From Eledone cirrhosa (Eukaryota): a stretch of DNA of 64,000 nt. Below, in pieces: positions 36,351 through 47,774 of the stretch. Position 1 is the first letter of the stretch. Each line of letters starts with the position of its first letter. The translations under genes and the position numbers were made by a program. The notes under the pieces are model-generated. The model saw only the letters and a list, made by a program, of their open reading frames with translations. It searched no databases and was not told the DNA's origin. Location: NCBI GenBank assembly GCA_964016885.1, contig OZ024741.1, forward strand, positions 237,150,001-237,214,000, written 5' to 3'.

Positions 36351-36868
36351 ATATATATATATATATATATTTATTGTATCATGCCTTTGATACTGTGTGG
36401 ACTAAGATCCCTATTGAAATGTCTCTGGTATGAAGGGTTTTTCTGTTGAGTTGATAGGATTAAGTATTTAGTGCACTACAGTGTATATGGTACTAATTTA
36501 TCTGGTAGCCACAAATGAACTGAAACAAGATGTTGAGAATGATTGTGGCCTAATGAAATTCATCCTTTGAACAACAGTATGGTGGGTAGGTTTTAATTTT
36601 GATTTATATTTAACAGGATAATATTATTTTGTGTGGTATGTTTTTGGTTAGTTTAGATTTGTTATATTTAGTTGTTGGGTAGAAGTTGTGTAAGGAAAAA
36701 TTATGTATTCTGTATCACATCTCTAATATTATGTGTAGTAAGATCTTTGCTGAAAGGTCTCTGGTATAAAGTGTTTTTCTGTGGTTTTAATTTTAAATTT
36801 ATATAACTGGGTAATTATATTTTGTATAGTGTGTCTAGTTTTTGCCTATGTAAGGAAAATGTCGCACA

Positions 36869-36947
<79 letters not shown>

Positions 36948-36950
<3 letters not shown>

Positions 36951-37140
36951 CAAAGAGATATTTAATTTGTTGGTTATTCAACAAATTTATTTATAACAGA
37001 TTCAAAGCACTCTACAAGTTTTCTGGAGTATAATATCAATGATATTAATGAATGGAAACTATATTTATAAAACCATATTTATTTTATTATATATATTTCA
37101 AGGGTACCAACATTTTGGTACACTCTCATCAGATAAAATA
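36948..37140 (-). ncRNA. Type I hammerhead ribozyme (canonical core) plus about 130-nt tail; Penelope/retrozyme-like element
   Basis: Minus strand 37140-37080: TATTTTAT CTGATGA GAGTGTACCAA-AATG-TTGGTACCCTT GAAA TATATA TA ATAAAATA. This gives an 8-bp stem I, an 11-bp stem II with one mismatch and a palindromic stem III. Confidence 0.8.
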
Positions 37141-37199
37141 CAAAATTTATTTTATAAATGTTGACATACCCAAGAAACCAGACCTTATAGGTTCAGGTT

Positions 37200-38966
37200 C
37201 AGTTTGGATATAGCTCAATTCTTAGTTGGCCTACAAATGATGTACTAACAGAAAGTCCTACCTTGAAAGAAGTTGAAGTGGCTGGAAAACAATTCAATAA
37301 TAGAAAATTGCCAGGAAGGGATGGTATTTGTGCTGAGTTACAGAAATGTGGAAGTTGAAACATTCTTTGACTTCTTACAAACTGATACGTAAGGTTTAGG
37401 AAGAAGAAAGCATTCCTCAAGACTGGAAAGATGCATTGATGGTGGTGCTTTATAAAGGGAAAACTGCAAATGATGATTGTGGTAATTATCATGGGATAAC
37501 CCTCTTGTCAGTTTTGGGAAAAGTCCTGTGTAAGAACGTGATGAATAGATTGCTTGATAACATCACTAGCAATATTCTTCCTGAGTCACAGTGTGACTTT
37601 AGAAGTGGCAGAGGGACAATAGACATGATCTTTTTGTGAGGCAACTACAAGAGAAGTGCATTAGGGAATGGATTTGTATCACGTTTTTGTTGACTTGACA
37701 AAGGCTTTTGATACAGTGAACATAACTGCTTTATGGAAGATTCTGACTAAATTTGGTTGTCCTGACAACTGAGAGGGTTTCATGATGGCATGCAAGCTTG
37801 TGTTAATGTATGTGGAGAGGTGTCAGATCCCATTTTTGTTGAAAATGGGGTAAAACAAGGGGCATATACCAGCACATACACTGTTTGCATTATATTTCTC
37901 TATGGTTTTCCTTAAGGCAGTTGAGGATTGTACATATGGAATTTACCTCAAGTTTCATTTGATGGGTAAGTTGTTTAACATCAGATGGTTTGCTGCCAAA
38001 ACAAAGGTGCTCACTTCTTTAATACATGAATTTGTGTATGCAGATGATTGTGATCTTGTTGCTCACCCTGAGAGTGATGTGCAGCACCTGATGGATTCAT
38101 TTTCGGAGGCATGTAGTGCATTGAATCTGACAATCAGTCTGACCAAGACAGTTGTCGTGTATCAACATACTCCGGGCAAGGAATTCACTGAGACTAGCAT
38201 TTATGTGTATGACAACACATTGAAAGCTGTGGATAAATTTGTGTATTTCATCAATACTCAGTATCCATTGGAAACACGTGAGTGATGTTGAAGAGCTGAA
38301 ACAATGTTATTTTGAACGTACTGAATCTCTCATAATTCAATATAGATTGCGCTGGAGCGACCATGTTATAAGACTGCCACATGATCATATTCCTAAGCAG
38401 TTAGTTAAAGGCAACTGGCCAAGACATAAACCAAAACTCAGGTATAAAAACTACATCAAACGAGCTTTGATAAAAATAAAAAATCATAGAAGATAACTGG
38501 GAAGACATTGCCTTAGACCGATCATCATGGAGGAAAAGTGTATTTAATGGAAAACAGGAATTTGAAGAATCTTGTGTGGAGCATGAAAGGTTAAGGTGTG
38601 ATCTATGTAACGGTCTACACAATATTACTTTACATCGAAATGAGTGTAATGAGAGTGGTCAGATTTGTCTCAGTAAAGCTGGTCTTAGAAGTCACCATAG
38701 GAGTCGTGTACAAAATGTTGCTGATTATGGATTCTTTGGCATTTCTTCCAGTTGGAAGTGTGGAAAACAATGTGCCTCAGCTGGTGGATCCAAACGTCAT
38801 TTGAAAGCTCACCAAAACAAAACAAAACAGGGAACCAAATTGGAAGTAATGTTCATCACTGCAGCATACAAAGAAAGGAATGTAAGTCCTCTGCAGGTCT
38901 AAAGAGCCATGTTCATGGAACCCATGTGCGATGGGGGGAAGTGACATTTTTTGAAATTGAAATATA

Positions 38967-38972
<6 letters not shown>
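37200..38972 (+). mobile_element. BovB-like RTE LINE, degenerate, with C-terminal C2H2-like fingers
   Basis: DCGNYHGITLLSVLGK, LPESQCDFRSGRGTIDMIF, FVDLTKAFDTV, YADDC, RLRWSDHVIR, then CLSKAGLRSH, CGKQCASAGGSKRHLKAH and CKSSAGLKSH. Confidence 0.88.
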
Positions 38973-39040
<68 letters not shown>

Positions 39041-39179
39041 TTCTCAATCCTTTTGGAGGAATTCCTCCCTGGTGGACTTCTGCCTCTTTCTCTTTGGTTT
39101 GGGTCATGTCAGGGGTGTAGCCATGCTCAACACACGTCACCTTTGCTCCTGTAGCAATGTATGATTGTACTGCTGCATC

Positions 39180-39420
39180 AGTCATTGGGTATGACTGTGT
39201 GTTACTTGATTGACTATGTGGGTTACTAGTTTGATTCCTATCTCTCTTGATGCTTTTAGCTTCTCAGCAACTATCTCTGACAGTGCCGCAACTTTACCAT
39301 TCATCATCTCAATGATTGCATCAATTTCAATAGCTGGTCCTTCCTTTGGGTAAGTTGCAGGTAGTTTCTCTTCCTCAAATTCATTCTCTACATTCATCAA
39401 TCTCTCAAAACATTTCCATA
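39180..39420 (-). mobile_element. RTE fragment
   Basis: WKCFERLMNVENEFEEEKLP..EGPAIEID...GKVAALSEIVAEKLKAS...IVNQV. Confidence 0.8.
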
Positions 39421-39489
39421 TATATATACAATGGAACATTGATTCATGAACGCCTCTCATCACAAACAATTATTCTGAACAAAAAACAT

Positions 39490-39901
39490 CTCGGTTCATG
39501 TGCAGTGTCTCGAGTAGTGAACACGCAAGCTGATCACACAACCTTTACACTGTAAACTTGTGTTGGTATCATGACAAAAAGCATCCAGCCGACACTGTAA
39601 AGTGGTCGAGTAGGCATCATGACACAAAACACCCAGACCACACTGTAAAGTGATCGTGTAGGCATCACAACAAAAAGCACCCAGTCCACTCAGTAAAGTG
39701 GTCATGTTGGTGTCACGACAAGAAGTACCCAGCACACACTGTAAATGAGGTTGGCATTAGGAAGGGCATCCACCTGAAAGAAACCAAGTCAAAAGCAGTT
39801 CTGTATAAGCAAGGCATATCCACCTGAACTGGCATTTTACACAAAAGAAAAGGTTGTGTAATCTATGTTAGCGTGGAAAAATGGATGTTAAACAGTGATG
39901 A

Positions 39902-39905
<4 letters not shown>
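39490..39905 (+). mobile_element. RTE 3' UTR-derived repeat with internal tandem units of about 45-50 bp
   Basis: Repeated CACTGTAAAGTGGTCG...AAAAGCACCCAG units, the GGTTGGCATTAGGAAGGGCATCC motif and a (GAT)n end into (TA)n. Confidence 0.7.
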
Positions 39906-39983
<78 letters not shown>

Positions 39984-40222
39984 CTTGAAGTAAAGTTATG
40001 GTGTGTATTTTTTCCATAAGCAATTAAGACATTGAGCTTTCTGGCATTTGGTAAAGTGCGAGTGATATACCCATTCCTGTTCATCTCCTATATATGTATA
40101 TGTGTATATGTATATGTGCATATATATGTGTATATATATATGTGTGTGTATATATATATGTGTGTGTATATATGTGTAAATATATATATATGTGTGTGTA
40201 TATATGTGTATATATATGTATG

Positions 40223-40308
<86 letters not shown>

Positions 40309-40379
40309 TATATATATATATATATATATGAATATATATATATATATATATATGAATATATATATATATATATATATGA

Positions 40380-40410
<31 letters not shown>

Positions 40411-40470
40411 TGTGTGTATATATATATGTATGTGTATATATATATATATGTGAATATATATATATATATC
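39905..40470. repeat. Compound (TA)n/(TG)n microsatellites
   Basis: Read directly. Similar tracts occur at 36870, 38972, 41457, 42720, 45945, 50112, 50475, 53440, 56710, 58510, 60340 and 63380. Confidence 0.95.
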
Positions 40471-41454
40471 ATCATCATCATCATCGTTTAACGTCCATCT
40501 TCCACGCTTACATGGGTTTGGACGGGAATTTTCCCACTTGAAGCAAAAGTGGTTGACTTGCTCGTATAGGACTGTCTGGCGGGTTTTCTACGGCTGGATG
40601 CCCTTCTTAACACCAACCACATTTACAGTGTGGACTGGGAGGTTTTTACCGTGTTACCTACACGGCCACATTACAGTGTCGGCTGTGTGTTTTTTTTTTT
40701 TTTGTCGTGACACCTACACGACCTTATTTGTTTCGGCCTGGATGTTGTGGTACCAACATAACTTTACATTGAAAGGGGCGGTGTGGATGGGGTGGGGGTA
40801 GTGGAACGGGGCTGTATTTTTGTTAGAGGTGCCTACTGACTGTAGGTTTCGCTTTGTACTTAGGCAAGGCGGGTCTTCTGTATTACTGTGTAGCGCCAAA
40901 GATCTGGGTCCAGTGATATTGTCTTGGAGAGGTGTAAGGGTGTGAGGTCGGAATTTATCAAGTCGTCCCAGGTTTTTCTGGGTCTGCCTCCTCCGTGGCT
41001 ACCGTCTATTTTTATCGCCCTGCACTTTTTTATATAGCTGTCGTCTTTCATGCGCATCACGTGACTGTACCAACGTAGTCTTCTCTCGAGTAAACAACAT
41101 CTCATCCCTCTTATTCCTAATTTCTCCCTTAGTTCGTGTATGCTTTACCGTTCACGTATATTACTATTACACATCCAGCGGAGCATCCAAGCTTCATTCC
41201 TCCCCAGTCTGTGTATATCCTCTGCACACAATGCCCAAGTCTCACTGCCATGTAACATTGCTGTTCGTATGCAGGCATCATACAGCCTGCCTTTCATTTT
41301 TAGAGAGAACCCTTTAGTGGCCAATAGTGGTATAAGCTCTCTGAACTTTTTCCATCCCGTTCTGACTCTAGCTACAGTACTTTCAGAGCACCCTCTACCA
41401 CTGCTGATTTTGTCTCCCAAGTAACGGAAGGTGTCCACTATTTCTATAGAACCA

Positions 41455-41458
<4 letters not shown>
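40468..41458 (-). mobile_element. 5'-truncated young RTE copy with full 3' UTR
   Basis: [28 protein letters not shown]...RRLRWYSHVMR; (ATG)n tail; both ends in (TA)n. Confidence 0.92.
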
Positions 41459-41533
<75 letters not shown>

Positions 41534-41546
41534 GTATATATATATG

Positions 41547-41601
<55 letters not shown>

Positions 41602-41610
41602 GTATATATG

Positions 41611-41642
<32 letters not shown>

Positions 41643-41654
41643 TATATATATGTA

Positions 41655-41737
<83 letters not shown>

Positions 41738-41819
41738 GTATATATATATATGTATATATATATATGTATATATATGTGTATACATATATATATATATGTA
41801 TATATATATATGTATATAT

Positions 41820-42722
41820 GTCAGAACGGGATGGATGAAGTTCAGAGAGCTTATACCACTATTGGCCGCTAAAGGGTTCTCTCTAAAAATGAAAGGCAGA
41901 CTGTATGATGCCTGCATACGAACAACAATGTTACATGGCAGTGAGACCTGGGCATTGTGTGCAGAGGATCTGCGCAGACTGGAGAGAAACGAAGCTTGCA
42001 TGCTCCGCTGGATGTATAATAGTAATATACATGAACGGCAAAGCATAAATGAACTAAGGGAGAAATTAGGAATAAGAGGAATCAGATGTTGTTTACTCGA
42101 GAGAAGACTACGTTGGTATGGTCACGTGATGCGCATGAAAGACGACAGCTGTATAAAAAAGTGCAGGGTAATAAAAATAGACGGTAGCGACAGAGTAGGC
42201 AGACCCAGAAAAACCTGGGACGACTTGATAAATTCCGACCTCACACACTTACACCTCTCCAAGACAATGTCACTGGACCGAGAGCTTTGGCGCTACACAG
42301 TAATAGAGAAGACCCGCCTTACCTAAGTACAAAGTGAAACCTACTACAGTCAGTAGGCACCTCTAACAAAATACACCCCCGTCCCACTACCCCCACCCCT
42401 TTCAATGTAAAGTCATGTTGGTACCACAACATCCAGCCCGAAACAAATGAGGTCGTGTAGGTGTCACGACAAAAAAACACACAGTCCACACAGTCCACAC
42501 TGTAATGTGGCCGTGTAGGCAACACGGTAAAAACCTCCCAGTTCCACACTGTAAATGTGGTTGGTGTTAGGAAGGGTATCTAGCCGTAGAAAACCTGCTA
42601 GACAGTCCTATGCGAGCAAGACAACCACTTTTGCCTCAAGTGGGAAAACTCCCGTCCAAACCCATGCAAGCGTGGAATATGGACGTTAAACGATGATGAT
42701 GATGATGATGATGATGATGACA
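41820..42722 (+). mobile_element. 5'-truncated young RTE copy with full 3' UTR
   Basis: [13 protein letters not shown]...[15 protein letters not shown]; (GAT)n tail; inverted relative to 40468-41458. Confidence 0.92.
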
Positions 42723-42984
42723 TATATATATGTACCTATATATACATATATAGACACCTATATATACATATATATATACACCTATATATATATATATATA
42801 TAGGTATATATATATATATATACGCATATATATATATATACACATATATATATATATATATACACCTATATATACATATATATACACCTATTTATATATA
42901 GGTATATATATATATATATATATATACCTATATATACATATATATGCACCTATATATATATTGGTATATATATATATATATATC

Positions 42985-43250
42985 CAAGATGGCCGACGGA
43001 ATACACACATGTGGTTATTTTTTCTCCATACCTTTTTTCCTCATTTTTCCCTGTTCATTCCTTTTTTTCACTCTGTTCTTTCTATTTATCTTCTATTTCT
43101 AGCTTTATCTTCTGATCAAGGGATCAAGGACTAGTGCCCGAAATGTCATGGCTCTCTTCCTGCTATTTCAAGCGTTGAACTAATATATTTCTTCCCTGTA
43201 CTGTTTTGTTATTTTTGTCATTTCTGTTTACCTTTTACAAACACTCACAT
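42985..43250 (+). mobile_element. Penelope-like terminal repeat with degenerate minimal hammerhead
   Basis: CTGATCAA-GGG...CCC-GAAATGTC at 43112-43147 has two core deviations; T-rich tail; flanked by (TA)n. Confidence 0.45.
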
Positions 43251-43457
43251 ATATAGTTGATAAATGAAACAAACAAAACACAGGAGGCAATTTTTACACA
43301 GATTAGGTTCGCGCTTGGTGGAAACATATATAAGTATATATGTGTGTGTGTGTGAATATATATATATCTATATATATATATAAGTCTAACCCATGCTAGC
43401 GTGGAAAGTGGACGTTAAATGAGGATGATGATGATATGTGTATATATATATATATAT

Positions 43458-43645
43458 ATGAAAGCGCACCATAGTTTGCTCTGGTGGCCCTTGAAATATG
43501 TATAATGAAATAAATATGGTTTTATAAATATAGTTTCCATTTGTTAATATATTGTATATTTACTCCAATAATTTGTTGAGTGCTTTATATCAGTTATAAA
43601 AATATTTTGCTTGTTGTATCCCAACAAATTAAATATAACCTCTAC
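43458..43645 (+). mobile_element. Second copy of the 37-kb hammerhead element, truncated inside the core
   Basis: CCCTTGAAATATGTATAATGAAATAAATATGGTTTTATAAATATAGTTTCCATT...CCAACAAATTAAATAT aligns with the reverse complement of 36950-37103. Confidence 0.75.
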
Positions 43646-43658
43646 ATATATATATATA

Positions 43659-44004
43659 TCATCATTTCATCATCGTTTCATTTTACGTCCGCTTTTTCCC
43701 TGCTTGCAAGGGTGGGACGGGAATTGATTCTGGCTTGATTTCTACAGCTGGATGCCCTTCCTAACACCAACCTCATTTACAGTGAGTGCTGGGTGCTTTT
43801 TTGCCGTGGCACCTCCACGACCACTTTGCAGTGGAATGATATGGACCCCAGTCCCTATCATCTCATTTCTACAGCTGAGTAAACTGGAGCAATCTTAAAT
43901 AAAGTGTCTTGCTCAAGGAAACAACACATCACCCGGTCTGAGAATTGAACTCACAACCTTTCAATTGCAAGGCCAATGCTCTAACCACTAAACCATGTAC
44001 CTCC
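43659..44004 (-). mobile_element. SINE family A, full length
   Basis: Reverse complement of the 19462 copy; flanked by (TA)n. Confidence 0.9.
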
Positions 44005-44029
44005 ATCTATATATATATATATGTATATC

Positions 44030-44415
44030 AGGCCGAAACAAATGAGATTGTGTAGGTGTCACGACAAAAAAAACACACAGTCCACGCTGTAATGTGGCCG
44101 TGTAGGCAACACGGTAAAAACCTCCCAGCCCCACACTGTAAATGTGGTTGGTGTTAGGAAGGGCATCCAGCTGTAGAAAATCCGCCAGACAGTCCACGCT
44201 GTAATGTGGCCATGTAGGCAACACGGTAAAAACCTCCCAGCCCCACACTGTAAATGTGGTTGGTGTTAGGAAGGGCATCCAGCTGTAGAAAACCCGCCAG
44301 ACAGTCCTATGCGAGCAAGACAATCACTCTTGCCTCAAGTGGGAAAACCCCCGTCCAAACCCATGCAAGCGTGGAACACGGACGTTAAACGTTGATGATG
44401 ATGATGATGATGATA
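44030..44415 (+). mobile_element. RTE 3' UTR copy with internal tandem duplication of about 110 bp
   Basis: ACAGTCCACGCTGTAATGTGGCC...CCGCCAG occurs twice; (GAT)n tail. Confidence 0.85.
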
Positions 44416-44842
44416 CATATATATTTCTTTATATATATGTTTGAAAACTGTCTTAGATATTTCACTGTGTTATAGGAAATAGTCTAACATGGCATGTAAG
44501 CCCCATACACGCACATCATCATCACGCACATCATCATCATCATTTTACGTCCACTTTTCCCTGCTTGCAAGAGTGGGACGGGTCCTATTCAGCACAGCAT
44601 CTCTCCATTCATCACGGTCCTTCGTCATCTCCTCTGTGGACTTCAGTGATCTGAGGTCAGTTCTCAAGAATCTTATTTTGACTATAGAAAATAGTCTAAT
44701 ATGACATATTAGACTCATTTACATATGAACCTAAAATAACTGTGTAATTTTGCTTCCTGCATTTGTTTTGTTTCATTTATTAACTATATATATATATGAA
44801 TGTATATATAGTGTATTTTGCAATACACTGTGTGCTTAATTA

Positions 44843-44925
44843 AATTTTCAGCAAACAGGGGAGATAAGCTGACAGAACTCTGTTTCGTACTTGTTGGTAC
44901 TTATCAAAGCTCACTACTCTCCCTG
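44843..44925 (-). ncRNA. Type I hammerhead ribozyme, U3-A8 core variant (copy 1)
   Basis: Minus strand: GGGAGAGTAGTGAGCT TTGATAA GTAC-CAACAA-GTAC GAAAC AGAGTTCT GTC AGCTTATCTCCCC. Confidence 0.75.
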
Positions 44926-45130
44926 TCACTACTTTAAAACAATAGCGTATGGTCTTCAAAATGCTTTTAATTAAGCATAGTGTATTGCAAAATACACTAT
45001 ATATACATTCATATACATATCGCTATTTCAGAACACTAATTTTAATTTTCAATTTCTGCTGCACCGGCAGCCACTCTGTATAATCAATTCCTGATTATTA
45101 CTGGAATTCTATAAGAATCCAACACACATA

Positions 45131-45224
45131 ATTTTCAGCAAACAGGGAGAGTAGTGAGCTTTGATAAGTACCAACAAGTACGAAACAGAGCTCTGTCAGC
45201 TTATCTCTCCTGTTTGCTGAAAAT
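45131..45224 (+). ncRNA. Extended type I hammerhead ribozyme, U3-A8 core variant (copy 2)
   Basis: TTGATAA at 45161-45167, stem II GTAC/GTAC with loop CAACAA, GAAAC at 45182-45186, palindromic AGAGCTCT, GTC at 45195-45197. Stem I 45131-45160 pairs with 45198-45224, with an internal bulge. Confidence 0.8.
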
Positions 45225-45411
45225 TTAAGTAAGTGACACTGTCACTACTTTAAAACAATAGCGTAAGGTCTTCAAAATGCTTTTAATTAAGCATACAGTG
45301 TATTGCAAAATACACTATATATACATTCATATATATATCGCTATTTCAGAGCACCAATTCTAATTTTATATATATGCATGTATATTTATATATATATATA
45401 TATATATATAC

Positions 45412-45645
45412 ACATCTAAGCCAGAAGGCTCATTTGGCCAGTGCTTATCCCAGTTTCAAGGCATGAAGCGACAGAGTACAAGACTCCCCCGTGGACAGGA
45501 CGCCAGTCCATCGCAGGGTTAAACCTCCAACTATTGTTGGTACTCATTTTCAGCTAAGTATACTGGAGCAACGTGAAAAGAAGTGTTTTGCTCAAAAACA
45601 CAACACGCAACCCAGGAATCTAGGCCACGACATTATGATCGCAAG
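45412..45645 (-). mobile_element. SINE family C (CORE-like domain, different tail)
   Basis: Shares ACTGGAGCAACGTGAAA..GTGTTTTGCTCAA with family A. Its tail GGACAGGACGCCAGTCCATCG also occurs at 56343-56570. Confidence 0.75.
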
Positions 45646-45693
45646 CACTCAATAGAAACGAGTGAACTAGAGCAATAAACTTAAATACATATA

Positions 45694-45882
45694 TCTATAT
45701 ATATAAAACTGATGTTGTCTGTGTGTCCTCATTTTTGCAAAGTCTATAGAAATCCACATTTCTACTCCGATTGCATTTATATATTCCTTGCGGTCTAAAG
45801 ATATTAACTGCCGCTTTTTTTTCTTCAATTTTCTGTTGTTAAAGGGGTGTTAGGCGCCGGTTATCCATCTCCGTCGCGCTCT
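45694..45882 (+). mobile_element. Probable non-autonomous Helitron 5' part
   Basis: Starts A/TCTATATATATAAAACTG..TGTCTGTGTGTC, a typical Helitron 5' TC terminus. Confidence 0.4.
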
Positions 45883-46098
45883 TATAATATCTGTCTGTAT
45901 GCTGTATTATCTTCGCTACATTCACACAGACACGCGCACGCACACATATATATATATACATATATACTTATATATACATATATATATAAATATACATATA
46001 CACACATATATACACATATATATATATATATACACATATACAAACACATATACACATAAAAATATATGTATATATACACACACACACACATATATATT

Positions 46099-46130
<32 letters not shown>

Positions 46131-46167
46131 CATACATACACACACATATATATATATATGCATACAT

Positions 46168-46209
<42 letters not shown>

Positions 46210-46242
46210 GTATCTGTGTATATATATATATATATATATATA

Positions 46243-46436
46243 ATGGAGGAAATGTGGTAAGGAACCAGGTGGACCATAACGCACCAAAGTACTCAATACT
46301 TAGGGTAGTAGAGTGGGTAATAGGAATGAGTAGGACCCCGACGGCTGAGCTCAAGCCGTTTCGACGGCTAATTCTGGACAGTCCAGAATTAGCCGTCGAA
46401 ACGGCTTGAGCTCAGCCGTCGGGTCCTACTCGTTCC

Positions 46437-46440
<4 letters not shown>
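46243..46440. repeat. Family D element ending in a near-perfect palindrome of about 118 bp
   Basis: Arms 46321-46379 and 46381-46438 are centred on A46380. Other D copies are at 56571, 59755, 59950 and 60005. Confidence 0.85.
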
Positions 46441-46468
<28 letters not shown>

Positions 46469-46774
46469 GACACACTGTAGGTCGCTTTAACCCGTCTTTT
46501 ATTATTAAAAAAACTTCTTGCCAATAAACATTAACCCTTTGTGCGGCATTCATCTAACTGTAGACCAACAAATACCAAGTAACCGGAGCGTTGACAAGAA
46601 CGATGGCAAATGAATCTTCGAGGTAAGCACTTTCCTCCCAAGCTGTTAGTTCACACGGGATTCTCTGCTACACCTTTTCGTAATAATACCGTACTGCTGG
46701 TCACTCCTTCCTCCAAAAGCTGTACAGAACATCTCTCTCTCTCTCTCTTTATATATATATATATATGTTATAAG

Positions 46775-47130
46775 AACAGATTAAAGTTTAAGCAAAGAAT
46801 CGCTGCTTTCAACATTAACGGAATCTTCTGAAACTAAAAAATTTAATCTGTGAACGCAGAAGTAAATATTTCGAGAAACGTTGCAACCAAAGGAAAACAG
46901 GAAGACAATATTTTGGTTCGTGAAGACGTAATGAACGGAAAAAAAGCGAGGATAATACGTCGTTATGTGAACCAAGAAGAACAATTTCATGCAAAGACAA
47001 GACCAAGTCTATGGTATAAATGGAGTCGTTAGACTAATATTCTATTTAAAATAACAGAATAATTTCCAGTCCCGGAGTTTAAGAATGATGTAAATAAAAT
47101 TGAAAACGAAAATGACAGAGGTTATTAAAA
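46775..47130 (+). repeat. Unclassified family E repeat of about 360 bp
   Basis: ACAGATTAAAGTTTAAGCAAAGAATCGCTG...GAAAATGACAGAGGTTATTAAAAT also occurs at 57153-57511 (+) and 58145-58506 (-). Confidence 0.8.
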
Positions 47131-47259
47131 TAGTAAAAGTATATAGTGAAGATTTAGGCTAGTACATACGTATGCCCCGACGGACATACACATACATACG
47201 CACACACAAATACATACACACCCACAACCACACACGCACACGTATGTATAAACCTTATG

Positions 47260-47667
47260 CATTTCTACAGTATTTTCACCAAACTTAAGACATAGGTTAC
47301 TTATGTACTCCGGATGGTCATGGGCACTTTCATTTTTCCAAATATTGCTTATAGGGCCTCCCGGCAGGTAACCCCCTTTAACCACTTCCTTGAAGTCGAC
47401 TGAAGCACTGCAGGCCAATGCAACAAAACGTCATAACTTCTGGAGTTCGCAACCGATTTTCACAAAACTTGACACATGGGCTACATTTGTCCTACAGATG
47501 ACTGTGAACTCTCAGAATTGGCACATATTGAGTAGGGGACCCCTAGGGGAAGGAACCCCCTTTTGGAAAAAGCCGATGATTTTGTAAAAGTATAGTTTTC
47601 GAAGCAGCACTGAAGTATTGACATAAATGCTATTTAATACCCGAGCAACGCCGGGTACCTCTGCTAG
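47260..47667 (+). mobile_element. Non-autonomous Helitron 3' portion
   Basis: Subterminal hairpin TACCCGAGCAACGCCGGGTA (47638-47657) followed by CTAG/T (47664-47667); internal ATTTTCAC(C/A)AAAACTT repeats. Confidence 0.75.
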
Positions 47668-47774
47668 TATATATATATTTGTATATACATCTCGTAAGGA
47701 CATTGACAAGATTGAATGCTTACTTTTTTCAAGATGGAAAGGGGATAATGGCAAGTTTAAGCCCCTACAGGTAA

